This document shows, piece by piece, positions 38,101 through 50,197 of a stretch of 64,000 bases of DNA. The DNA is from Octopus sinensis. Lineage: Eukaryota. The position numbers and the translations under genes are program-made. Each line of letters starts with the position of its first letter. Position 1 is the stretch's first letter. The notes beneath the pieces are model-generated. The model was not told the DNA's origin. It worked only from the letters and a program-made list of their open reading frames with translations, and searched no databases. The DNA is taken from positions 156,860,001-156,924,000 of the forward strand of contig NC_043000.1 of NCBI RefSeq assembly GCF_006345805.1, given 5' to 3'.

Positions 38101-41100
38101 CCGGCATCTGTCTTTTAAACCAAGTAAAGTGCAATTATAGTAAGCTGGGTAGTTTGATGACGTTCTTACCATCAGGGTTAGTGTCAGAAGGTAGGACTTT
38201 GTGTCAGAAGGTAAGAATTTACTGCTAAAGGAGCAAACCGAACAACCGACACAAATATATTGGAATGAAGACGCTGAGACCTTGAATCAAACCAACAATC
38301 GCTGGAAGCATAAAGCTACAAGAATCAAGTACAACACAGTACATTATTCTTACATTACTATGCGATCTCAGCATGACTACAGATCAATAGCTAGAACCAA
38401 TAAAAGCGTAATAAAAGCCATAAATCAATAGTTCATAGAAATATCTGCAATATCACTAGTTGCTTAGAAGTAGGTCGGAAAACAAAGGGCTATCTACCCC
38501 CCCCCAACCTCCAAGACCAACTTCCTCTCCAAATGCTCTATGTTCTTTTATAAATCGTAAAAATCGATTTGCGGAAAGAGATGTGATTTATTCCCAGATT
38601 AGCCTTGATTGAATCGGTATATGACTGAAAATGAGAAGCTAGGATTTAAGGAAATTTGGCTCCACTATTTCCAGGAAGTCGATGCTGAGGGATAGTTCGT
38701 CAGTGATTTGTAATTTCACCATTTTTAGTTCCAGGTCAGTTCCGACTGAGTAAACCTGATTCAAGGCATTCCTGACATGACCATCTTTATTTCTTTTTCA
38801 GACAACTAGGACTGCGTTAGTCAATGTGTCTTTCGTTTTTAAGACAATGAAATTTGAAGGAGAATTGGGCACTACTTCTAGCATATCGAGTGACCACATA
38901 GAGGCTTCCTCATTAGTTTACTATGATAGTTATGAGTATAGGGATGGGTAAAAAATTTGACTTATTACATTATCTTCTCTATTCATAAATGGAAACCTTT
39001 TAATTTTATGAATCCTCTACGTGATTACTTAAACTGTTAGAAATAACAGCCAAAAGTCCCTCAAAACACCCGTCTTAAAAGCAAGCAATAGAATTTTGAC
39101 AATTTTTCTAGTACGAGTTATGTTTCTTTAATCTCTCTCACATCCTGAAATTGCGCTAAGCACAACGAAAGTAATCAAAACACCGTTGGACTAATTACGG
39201 TAATGAGAGCTTTTTAGCTCTGACTACTACGTGTGTGTTGTGTGTGTGCGTGCGTGCGCATCGTGGCAGAGTACCTTGCTGGAGAGAGAGAGAGGCAGCT
39301 GTGTCATAATGCTGCCATTACATTGAAATCTATGATTAAATTCGATGATTTATGATAAATCGAAACCGAATCATCTCAATAATAAATAAATAATAAAGGA
39401 ACTTATAACCACAGACACGTGCGCAAGAAACCCAGAGTTTTAAACGTTTAAGTATGGCTGAATAAGTGCACACGTATACGACATACGTTAAAACTATATA
39501 AATTCCTCAATAATGATCAACTCAGAATGTAAATATATACGTGAGTGAATGTGAATAATTTGCTGGGTATGTGTGTGTATGAGTAAGTAGTACATGAATG
39601 TTGGTTACTGGTGGCAGAAAATCCAGTAATAAACCGGATAGGTTCTAGTCTGACAAAGTCACACAGATATATATACATATATGCGCAGCATGTGACAGAC
39701 ACACAGCATCACGTCATTAATGACATCAAAGCCTCTATATTCCTCCCACACATTGTCTGTCATGCAAAGAAACTGTATCTGAAAGAGTGGGAGACAGAGA
39801 GATGCCCAGGTCAAAGACTTAACGATTAAATAATGAAATAATAATTCGTCTAACTACACATTTTAATTATTTTATCCAGTTTAGATGCGTATTTTCAACG
39901 CTTTTAATTTATTCTATATTTCTGTAACTTAAAAAATTGGTTACCAATCAACATTGTTGGAGTTTTTTTTAACATAACATTCTCAAGAGTACAATTTGGG
40001 AAACCGTTATACAGTTTACTTACTAAAATCTCACGTGTAACCAACTTTAAACATTTCCTATAAACTATTTTTCCAACAATGAAAATATTCTAGAATTCAT
40101 AAAACATTTCCGAATACATAAAAATACCTATATCAGGTAAAACAGCGAAGATTACTAACTATTTATGACTACTACGCTAGTTTAATTTCAATACCATTTA
40201 CTTATAATTATCGTGTTAATGGATAAGAGAATATCCAGGTGTTAGAATCGTTAACGCAGACAAAATGCTTTGCGGCGTTTCTTTAAATTCTTTATGTTCT
40301 GTGTTCAAATCCTATCGAAGTTACTTCGCATTTCACCCCTCTGATGTCGGTAAGTTACAGTACCAGTCAAGTACTAGGATACGGACCTTGCGCTAAAATC
40401 ATAAAATTTACACATATATGTGTGATTAGTGGTTAGTTTCTGTAAAGCTTAAGACAAATTTAAGAAGAGATATCCTGAGCGACACAAGCAGTATATGCAT
40501 GCATCGCCATGCGCGTGTTCGAATACAACCCCAGTCCAAGCACGTGTGTTTAGTTTCTGCAGGAGTTAATGTGAAATACCTCCCTTAGCTTACATGAATA
40601 AACAGTGAGGGACACACACACACACAGTGACAAAGAAACGGAGTACACATTTTTTAATTCTTTATTTTGACAACAAAACTTGAGAAATACCCGTTCGTTC
40701 TTAAGTGAAGAAAAAGCTCGTTTCAAATTTACACATTCCTTAGTTTCAGTGTGAAAATAGCAAGTTATTAATTGAAGTTTTTCTTTCTTTAATGTGTAAT
40801 TCCAACTCAGTATAAATGACAAAACTGTTTAGCGACAACCCTGACTAATACAGCTCTTTGAAACTCGGTCACAAATCCCATCTAACACACTTCTTACACC
40901 ACATATAGGAAAAAAATCAAAGAAAAAAAAAATTACAGGAAAAAAGTCACAAAAAATAATTTTACAATATTTCATTTAAGATAATGAATAAAACGTGAAT
41001 TTGTTTCCTTCTGAAGTAGTATATTATGAAATAAATTGCCTTATCATTAAATAGTCATTATATATTATCAGGTAATAAACTGCTAAAAATTTAATTAAAC

Positions 41101-43826
41101 GACTGTATAATTCATAAATGAAATGCGACAGTTTCCATGTAACTTTTTCTTCAAAGCCAATTTTTTTGTTTTGTTTTTATGACCGGGTCAAACCCTTAGT
41201 TTGACCAAATTGTGACTTTATATCCATTCACCTTACGCCATTACTTTTTCCCAAAGACACACCCTCTGTCACTATTTCAGTTATTTCCCTTCGATGTCTC
41301 TAGAAACTACCTGTATTGTCTGTTTCTACATTAAAATACACACCCAGTCCGTAACTAGGTTATGATGCTCACTCACACAGCACAATCTGTTCCACCTCCT
41401 CTTTTTAGTTATTAAGCTCATCAACGTACGCACAATATCCACCAAATAACCAAATGAGTTCACTACGGTATACAACCCTCACCTTTCGATCTATAACACA
41501 CAATCTTAAGAAAAATCACTATCTGCTCTATTGCAGAATATCAGAAAAATAATGAGAGTATTTAATAACTAAATATTAGTATTGTACTATCACACTTTCT
41601 GAAGAACTTTTTATTTTATTTTAGTTTTTTTTTTTTTCAAGAATGAAAATGCAATTACAAACGAAATATATTTACACACTTATAAATAAGCACCAGGCCA
41701 TAATTTTAAGTTGTGATAAAGTACAAGTCGAACTTCCACATCTGATATTACTTTCGTTGTAGAATGATAAAAAAAAACCCAACTATATTATCGGTTTCTT
41801 GGTACAAAGCCTTAGATACTTTTATATAGTATATACTCAATTACATCAACCTTACAAACTCGGTTGATACTTTATTTTATCGACCCCCGGAAGAACGAAA
41901 AGAAAAAAGCAAAAAAAGATCTTAGCCGGATTTGAACTCAGAACACACACCAAGGGCTGTCATTGACTATTGCTCTACCCATTCTGCTAATATGCTCGTT
42001 TCTTCTGCAATAGAGCCAGGATAACGATATTGACCAACCAGTGAGTGATTCGTACACACACACCGAGCAACAACCAAGTCACCGATGACGCAATATATAA
42101 ATACTGGTGGAGCTAGTAACCAGCTCGTCTTGTGAGTGGAGTTGGAGCTAGGAGGAAGGCATTCAACAGTTTTGCCTGCTGATCTACCTCACACCACACA
42201 CTCTTTCATTTAATCATTGAATGAAACTCAAGTTTTTTTATTCGCCGTTACTACGCAGTAAAGCCGACTACCGCTTTTTAGTATTTGTTATATATTGAGA
42301 GTACACCCGTATATATAACTAAACTGGGCTTTCTTATTCCATTTCGCTACAATGAAGTCACTGAACAGACATTTCGCAATCCTTTCGGTATTGATACACG
42401 ACGTCATTCACCCACACGACCTTCCCTCGTGACATACATAAAAAGGCTAGGCTGAAAAAAGAGGGGAATGACGGCGTCTCCTCACACCGACATTCCAGAT
42501 ACCAATATCGAAGGATCGCCCATTTTTCTATTTATATAACTCACGTTAACAAAAAAACAAAACAAAACAAAAAAAAAACACGAAAAGACGTTTCTTGACG
42601 CACAGCCCCTAAATCAACTCTGATTGAGGACCCTATGATTAAAGGTGCTTCACCCGTGACCATCCCATTTTCTTTTTAAGATTACGTTGTTCAGTATGTT
42701 CTTACTTTTGTAGGATGGCAGGGTTTAATTTTGAAGAAAATTTAGCTGTTTCTAGCTTGTCAAGCAACTACGAAGAGGTTATCTGCCAAATCTATTTGCG
42801 CAAATGTAAGCATATCTAGAGGTAGCATATAGCAGGGTCGATTAGAAAGTAAACATTTGCTGAAATGTTTCTCGCCATTTAACATAGAGGACTTTTGTTT
42901 CGCTTTGTCTATTCATTAGTTAAAAAACTACTTTAGTGAAACCCAATCGTAGCTCCTTTTTGAGTAAGGCAAAATAAAATATTAGCCAGTTTGCCATAAA
43001 GCAGCACCACGAGGTCGTTAATTGGGGCACTCGACAATAATTTCCTCGGGCTCACTAAAAGACAGCCTTTACCCCGATCTATATATACATCCATTTGAAA
43101 CAAACGAAATGTTCTTTATGTCTAACTTGTGATCTCCAACACACGAATCATCTGCAAATATGATTTAACTGCGTCATTTCTTGAATGATTAAGAAATTTA
43201 ACTATTAAATTTAGTAATCGTTGTAGACACCAACGTACTCTCTTCGCAAGAAAACCCCAGTTCTTAAACTACCAAAATCACACGAAAATCTATGACTTGG
43301 ACACTTTTAGCACTAAGGTCCATATACATATATAACTTGTGGTATTTTAATCCCGCTGTTCATTCTGAAATGTAGCGAGGTCACTTACCGAGAATGTTAC
43401 TCAAGGCGGGGCATAATTCGAGCTACCACGTAAACATTCAAATATTTTATTAGTAGTCATACATAGAAACTAGTGTCACAGGCTTACACAGTCTGACTAA
43501 TCATGTCCTTATATCACAAACGGAAATATCAGACTTGGTACCTAACTACGGAGAACTGAAAATCGGAGGAGTCTAAGAAATATCTTAAAATTCTTGTAGA
43601 CAATAATTAAATTTTTTTTTTTAAATGAGATACAGATGAGAAAAGTAAAATACAGGTTAACAAACCCAATTGAAAATGCTTATAATTTCTAGAGCTCCGA
43701 ATCAACATATATAATAAATTACGCGAGACAATTACAGTCAACTTTCATGAAACACCCGACAAAAAGAAAATAACACCAGGTCATCTTCGTGAAAAAAATA
43801 ACTTTTAGGTAAAATTATGCACTTAC

Positions 43827-44129
43827 TTTACAAATGGATTCTCTGTTGGTATGTGTGTTGTGTGCCTTGTAAACATTCCGGTCTTTATATTCACGCAGTT
43901 CTATGAGAGTATATTTTTCCAGTTGTAAGTTCCCGCAGGCCTTAGGAAAGTCCGGTGTGTATGATGGTTGTAAGTCGGGACTAAGATTACCCGGGTTAGT
44001 CGCCGGTGTGGGATCCACAACCTCGGCAGTTTTTTCCTCCCGAGGGGATGCATAATATGACGGTGTTCTAGGGCGGGATCGAGAGAACCCACTCATAGGG
44101 GTGCAGTGCAAACTGAAGGAGTCAGTCAT
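43827..44129 (-). CDS. TRIB2: Tribbles pseudokinase, coding exon 1 (MTDSFSLHC...NRESICK)
   Basis: First in-frame ATG at 44129. Ends in the beta-3 Lys (ICK) followed by donor AAA|GTAAGT (43826-43821), phase 0, joining VFPVE in exon 2. The start codon is uncertain: the frame is open from 44222, with TTG at 44201. Confidence 0.85.
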
Positions 44130-45421
44130 AGATAGGACCACGCGAAGATCTCCCTTTATAAATAACCGTGAACAAAGTTTTGCCAGAAAATAAGGTAGCA
44201 AGTTGAATGAGGATGTGACTGTCTATATATAAATAAATATATATATAGACAGAGAAGAAATATAAATTAAGTATGTATATAATACAAAGATTTATAACAG
44301 TTTATTATATATACATGTGTGTGTGTGTGTATTTACAAAAGAAAAATCTGCACTTGATACGTGGCGAGTTAAAGATGATGTAAATCAAGGGATATCTAGG
44401 TTTTACTGTTTACAAACAGCAGCTTGTCGGAATAACGGACAGTTTATTAATTAATTATTATTATTGTATTGCTAAAGATTCCTGCACTATTTTCATCTAT
44501 GATACAACGCAAATGAAAGTTTCGTCAGATTGTCGATTGGAATGTAAGGTTGCTGCCCTCGTGGTATCCAGAGTTAAATGATGGTGATATCAACAATGAT
44601 GATGATGATGATATAATGCTCTTGATGACGTTAATGACTTGAACATGAGAAATAGCTATAACAATGCCAAATAATTGTGCCGCTTGTCTTAACTTTTACA
44701 CTATTTAAATGCCCTTTTGTGTCTCCTCTGAATATTTTTATATACAGATCCTTTAACAAAATACTGTTTTCTCAATTTGGCTCATAACTTGATTCAATAA
44801 ATAAATTTTATATATATTTATATAAAGATATTTAATATTTATGTATAAAGGTGTGTTTGAACATATCACTATCTATATCTTATACATTAGGAGTCTATGT
44901 ACCACCAGTGTATATGTAGTTCTTATAACATATGAAAAAAGTTTGTCTCAGATATGTCTGGTATTTCGAAAGGTAATTAAAAGGTACTAAGTATGTAATG
45001 AATTATTCAAACTATTACTGAAATAGGGTAAGCAACAAGCTGTTGAGTGGATTGGAAACTAATACAAAAAAGATTAAGGTTACTATTAGAATACAAATGC
45101 AATAGGTGCGAATAATTAAAGGTGGTGGCTAAGAGACATCAAGGCATAGATTTCATAGATGCAGCTGCAATAATCATTATGGCATTCATCTTTTGTACAG
45201 TGTTAATTCTAGCAGATGTTGCGGTCTTGGTACTGGCAGTGGCGGTAGTGGCTTTCTCTGTGTACGATTCCATTATGACTCTTAAAAAAACTATGTTAAC
45301 TGTTAGCCATCAGCCAAAACAACACCAGTTTTCGCCACATTTTGTATTCTATGGGATTCATTTTGGCAGCGGACAGAGGTATGTAGAATCAAATAATTAT
45401 AAAACAATCACAGACATAGAG

Positions 45422-45459
<38 letters not shown>

Positions 45460-46250
45460 AACAGACTAGTGTAACCTTCACAGTAAAGGTGTTAGGTTAC
45501 ATATAATACAACTATGTACATATATACAATAAAAAAATACTAAGATAATTTTACGTATACATATTCATATATTTTATCCACAAATGAAATAATTAAAACA
45601 GTTTGTTAGTCAGTGTCATGTGGTGTTGAAATAATGGTTTTTACCTATTAATGAGGCGTCCGATTTTGCATGAGATCGCTTTAGATCTCGTAATTAAGTC
45701 GCAGGTGGTTGCTTTTAAGACGATGATACTAAGGTGCTAGAAAACTCTTGTTTTAACAGTTGATCAATAATAATAATAGTTTCTTTCATCCGTATAAACT
45801 TGTAAATATATCCCGTAATTGTTTTCGTTTTTTTTTTTTTTACTTAATTTGTTAATGATTCAAAACAATAATGAAACAATGTATAAATATATAATTTACA
45901 GAAGATTGTGTAAATTATATGTATGAGAATACTCATGTAATAGTTTTTATGTGTACAAAAGATATATAAAATATATCTTATATTATTTACAGCTGTCTTA
46001 AAAAGCAGCTGATTATTCAATGAAATATATATACTGTATATTATATATCCAATTGATTGTAACAACGAAAAAATATATGTTCCTTTGTGACTGTAGGGGG
46101 AGTCTCCTCGTGTTGTAACCACTTTCTTTGTTTTTCTTCAACCCCTAAACAAAGTACTTCCAGGACAGGGAGGGGCGTGTTACTAGACACGACACCCCTT
46201 CACGACGGAACACTCAACACTGGAATCCACTGCTAGCGGGCACCCACAGT

Positions 46251-46350
46251 GACTAAAATAATCAGGCGCGAGGCTCTTATATATATGAGACCGAATCACT
46301 ATCGAGAGTGGGCGGTTATTCGGTCGACGCTCGCTGTCAGCCAATGAGCT
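46251..46350 (-). promoter_or_regulatory. Candidate Tribbles core promoter (CCAAT, GC box, TATA, Inr)
   Basis: AGCCAATGA (CCAAT 46341-46345), GGGCGG 46310-46315, minus-strand TATATAAG 46283-46276 and Inr-like TTAGTC with the A at 46254, 29-31 nt from the TATA. Local CpG enrichment; points toward the Tribbles CDS. Confidence 0.65.
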
Positions 46351-46865
46351 GTAGACAACGAAAGAAATCTCTAATTAATACGCCGTAGAAAAATAAACTA
46401 AAAACACACAAATGGTTGTCGCGGTCTCTGTATCTAAGTCGCTATGTTTCTGGTACGAAATATAAATGTAGTCGTTTACTCGAGGTTTCTTGAAATTTTC
46501 TTAATTTCTTATAGAATTTCGTGTGTGAATTATAAAAAATACAGACAGTAAATGTTTATATGAACCGAATAGTTTGTTTTCTATTAGGGACTATTTTGCA
46601 GCTGTGTCGACTTGGTTATTTTTAGAAACTCTTGTTATAACCTAACATTTATGTATGACTGTATGATGTGATTAGACATGTGCGTGTGATTGCGTAGTAA
46701 ATAAGGAGGGATAAGAAGGTGTGTGTGAAAGAGACTAATAGAGTCATAAAGGATAGGCAGAGAGGAACAGAATAACGATAAAACAAGGGAGTGAGAGAAG
46801 AGAGGAAAAAAAGTATTAGGAAGATATGATGTTTAATGGAAAGAGAGAGAGACGGATAAAATGTT

Positions 46866-46982
46866 ATTGCGCAATGATAGAGTGTTTGTGAAATTGAGGA
46901 AGAAAGGGAAAACTAGTGAAAAGAGAATAAGAGAGAGATGTATTTGGAGGGAAAGGCAGAGAGATAAGCGGTACTGCGCAAT
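46866..46982. promoter_or_regulatory. C/EBP-type sites upstream of the candidate promoter
   Basis: Perfect ATTGCGCAAT at 46866-46875 and CTGCGCAAT at 46974-46982. Confidence 0.45.
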
Positions 46983-47837
46983 GGAAAAGAGAGACAATGT
47001 AGAGAGATAGAAATTATGAATATGGGTGAAAAATTACGTTGGAAATTGAGAGAACGTGGGAGAGAAAGAGAGAGAGAGGAAAAGATAGAAGGAGATACAA
47101 GCAGATAGAGATAGACAGATAGATAGGTAGAGAGAGAGAAAGAAGAACATTCTGAGAAAGACAGATAGATAGAGAGAGAGAGAGCAGAAGATAATGACAA
47201 AGTAAGGAATAAATATAGTTAAAAATACGTAGAGGAAACATATGAGAGAACGGGTGGAGATTTGAAATGGAAAGATTGGCAAAATGGGAAAGGAAGAAGG
47301 AATGAAATATTGTTACACACATACACACACACACAAATGCACACATGCACAAACATGCATACACGCACATACATGTACACACACGCGCACACAACGTACA
47401 CACACACACACACACAACGTATAACATACATTGTGTGTGTGTGTGTGGTATTGCTCGATGAAAGACAATGATTAAAAATTAGACGGTTAAGGTGTTGTGG
47501 AAGAGAAGGAGTGCCGAAGGATAGGAGAAGAAGAGATAACAAAGGCAAAAGTTGTAACGTAAAGGGAGTGTGAGAAGGTGTGTGAGGAGAGGAGAGGAAA
47601 TACAAAGTTGAACGGGGATTGTGGAAAGCATTAAAGAGGGACAAAGGTTGACAGAAAGGGAGTGGGTATTATACAAACATATACTTGGTAGGTCTGGAAT
47701 TAAATAAGTCGAAGGCACAGAAATTTTTCCCTTGAAATTATATTCTGAAACGAATATTAATATATGTGTGTCTTGTATTCAACTTAGGCACGTGAGAAAT
47801 CAGGCCCGTAACTTTTTGTCGTTCCCTTTTGACTTAT

Positions 47838-48203
47838 ACTCTTTTACTCTTTTACTTGTTTCAGTCATTTGACTGCGGCCATGCTGGAGCACCGCCTTTA
47901 GTCGAGCAACTCGACCCCGGGACTTATTCTTTTTGTAAGCCCAGTACTTATTCTATCGGTCTCTTTTTGCCGAACCGCTAAGTACGGGGACATAAACACC
48001 CCAGCATCGGTTGTCAAGCAATGCTAGGGGGACAAACACAGACACACAAACACACACACATATATATATATATACATATATACGACAGGCTTCTTTCAGT
48101 TTCCGTCTACCAAATCCACTCACAAGGCTTTGGTCGGCCCGAGGCTATAGTAGAAGACATTTGCCCAAGGTTCCACGCAGTGGGACTGAACCTGGAACCA
48201 TGT
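47838..48203 (-). mobile_element. SINE family A, 5'-truncated
   Basis: Tail and body present; A box missing. Confidence 0.85.
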
Positions 48204-48418
48204 TACGTGAGGAATGGTTTAGTAAATTCAAGGCATAGATATCTTTGATATCATCATCGTTTAACGTCCGTTTACCATGCTAGCATGGGTTTGGTAAAAA
48301 TTCTCAATGCAAGATTTAAAAGTTTAGATACAGATGAGCTGAAAAGAAAGCAGTAAGGATGGATGAGATAGTCGGTTTTTGGTGGCGCTGATATACTGTC
48401 CAGTTTAGAAGAATTAAG

Positions 48419-49039
48419 CCCTTTAGTATTTAATCCGACCATACCTGGCACCAAATATTCTGCTTGTTTTATGTTAGAATTGACCAGATCCAACCTCTCG
48501 CACCTACCCTACAATGTCATTTTAAAAATAAACTCTTTTAATCTTTTACTTGTTTCAATCAATTGACTGCGACCATGCTGGAGCACCGCCTTTAGTCGAT
48601 CAAATCGACCCCAGGACTTATTCTTTGTAAGCCTAGTACTTATTCTATCGGTCTCTTTTGCCGAACCGCTAAGTTACGGGGACATAAACACACCAGCATC
48701 GGTTGTCAAGCGATGTTGGAGGGACAAAGACACACAAAGACACACACACACACATATATACATATATATACATATATACGACGGGCTTCTTTCAGTTTCC
48801 TTCTACCAAATCCACTCACAAGGCTTTGGTCAGACTGAAGCAATAGTAGAAGACACTTGCCCAAGGTGCCACACAGTGGGACTGAACTCGGAACCATGTG
48901 GTTGGTAAGTAAGCTACTTACCACACAGCCACTCCTGTGCCATTGAAAGTTTGATGCTTTGAAATAATGCCCTATTAATTCAAAACATTGTGAATAAATA
49001 AGCAATGCATTTGACAAAGAAATCTGAATGCTTAAAGGG
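48419..49039. mobile_element. piggyBac-like MITE interrupted by a SINE A copy (48532-48941, minus)
   Basis: TTAA(g)CCCTTTAGTATT ... AATGCTTAAAGGG TTAA. A related copy lies in inverted orientation at 61952-62156. Confidence 0.65.
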
Positions 49040-49234
49040 TTAAAAGATCACTAGAAGAGGCAGAAAGAGAAGATAGAGCTAGATGAATTGCAAGTGTTTG
49101 AAAAGTAGTATTATGATCCTTGTGATGGTGTAAGCTCTTGGTAAACCAAGTCTACATTGAGGTTTCAATTCACAAGTGAATTCATCTTGCAGCATCGATG
49201 CTTTTGGAAAATGCGCAAATATAATCTTAACACT

Positions 49235-49547
49235 CATCATCATCATCATCATCATCGTTTAACGTCTGTTTTCCATGTTAGCATGGGTTGGACGGTTCAA
49301 CTGGGGTCTATGAAGCCAGGGGCTGCACCAGGCTCCAGTCTGATCTGGCAGTGTTTCTACAGCTGTATGCCCTTCCTAACGGCAACCACTCCGCGAGTGT
49401 AGTGGGTGCTTTATACATGCCACCGGCACAGGTGCCAGGGAAGTCTGGCATCGGCCACGATCGGTTGGTGCTTTTAATGTGTCACTGGCACGGAAGCCAG
49501 TGAAGGCGGCGCTGGCATCGGCCACGTTCAGATGGTGCTTTTTATGC
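49235..49547 (-). mobile_element. SINE family D 3' portion
   Basis: Minus-strand GGTTGGCGTTAGGAAGGGCATCCAGC-like core and a GGACGTTAAACG(ATG)n-like tail. Further copies at 58035-58404, 58422-58573 and 59353-59725. Confidence 0.8.
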
Positions 49548-49883
49548 CAAGGTATAAAATGTACCTATTGCATCTGATACCAGGTTTGATAATTGATAGC
49601 ATTCAGAGGTTTTTTCTTTTACACACACACACACACATATACACATACACACACACATACACATGCACATACACACATATATGTAATATATAACCATTCA
49701 AGGATACACTCTGGGAAGATCACCTGCAACAAACTCAATCAATAACCAACTCCAGCCATAAAGGAACAACAAAATAGACAGAAAATGAATTAAGAGGGTG
49801 CTCCAGCATGGCCATAGTCCTTTAATTGAAACCACTAAAAGTTGGATTCTTTTTGAACACATCTTCTATGTATGTGTGTATAT

Positions 49884-50197
49884 AGGTGCAGTAGTGGCTG
49901 TGTGGTAAGTAGCTTGTTTACCAACCACATGGTTCCGGGTTCAGTCCCACTGCGTGGCACCTTGGGCAACTGTCTTCTACTATAGCCTCGGGCCGACCAA
50001 TGCCTTGTGAGTGGATTTGGTAGACGGAAACTGAAAGAAGCCCGTCGTATATATGTATATATATGTATATATGTGTGTGTGTGTGTCTTTGTGTGTCTGT
50101 ATTGCTTGACAACCGATGCTGGTGTGTTTACGTCCCCGTCACTTAGCAGATCAGCAAAAGAGACCGATAGAATAAGTACTGGGCTTACAAAAGAATA
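49884..50197 (+). mobile_element. SINE family A, 3'-truncated
   Basis: Head and body match family A. Confidence 0.85.

Noticed and set aside
45156-45290. Approximately 44-aa minus-strand small ORF (MESYTEKATTATAST...)
   Set aside because: Low-complexity Thr/Ala frame with no homology or splice support.
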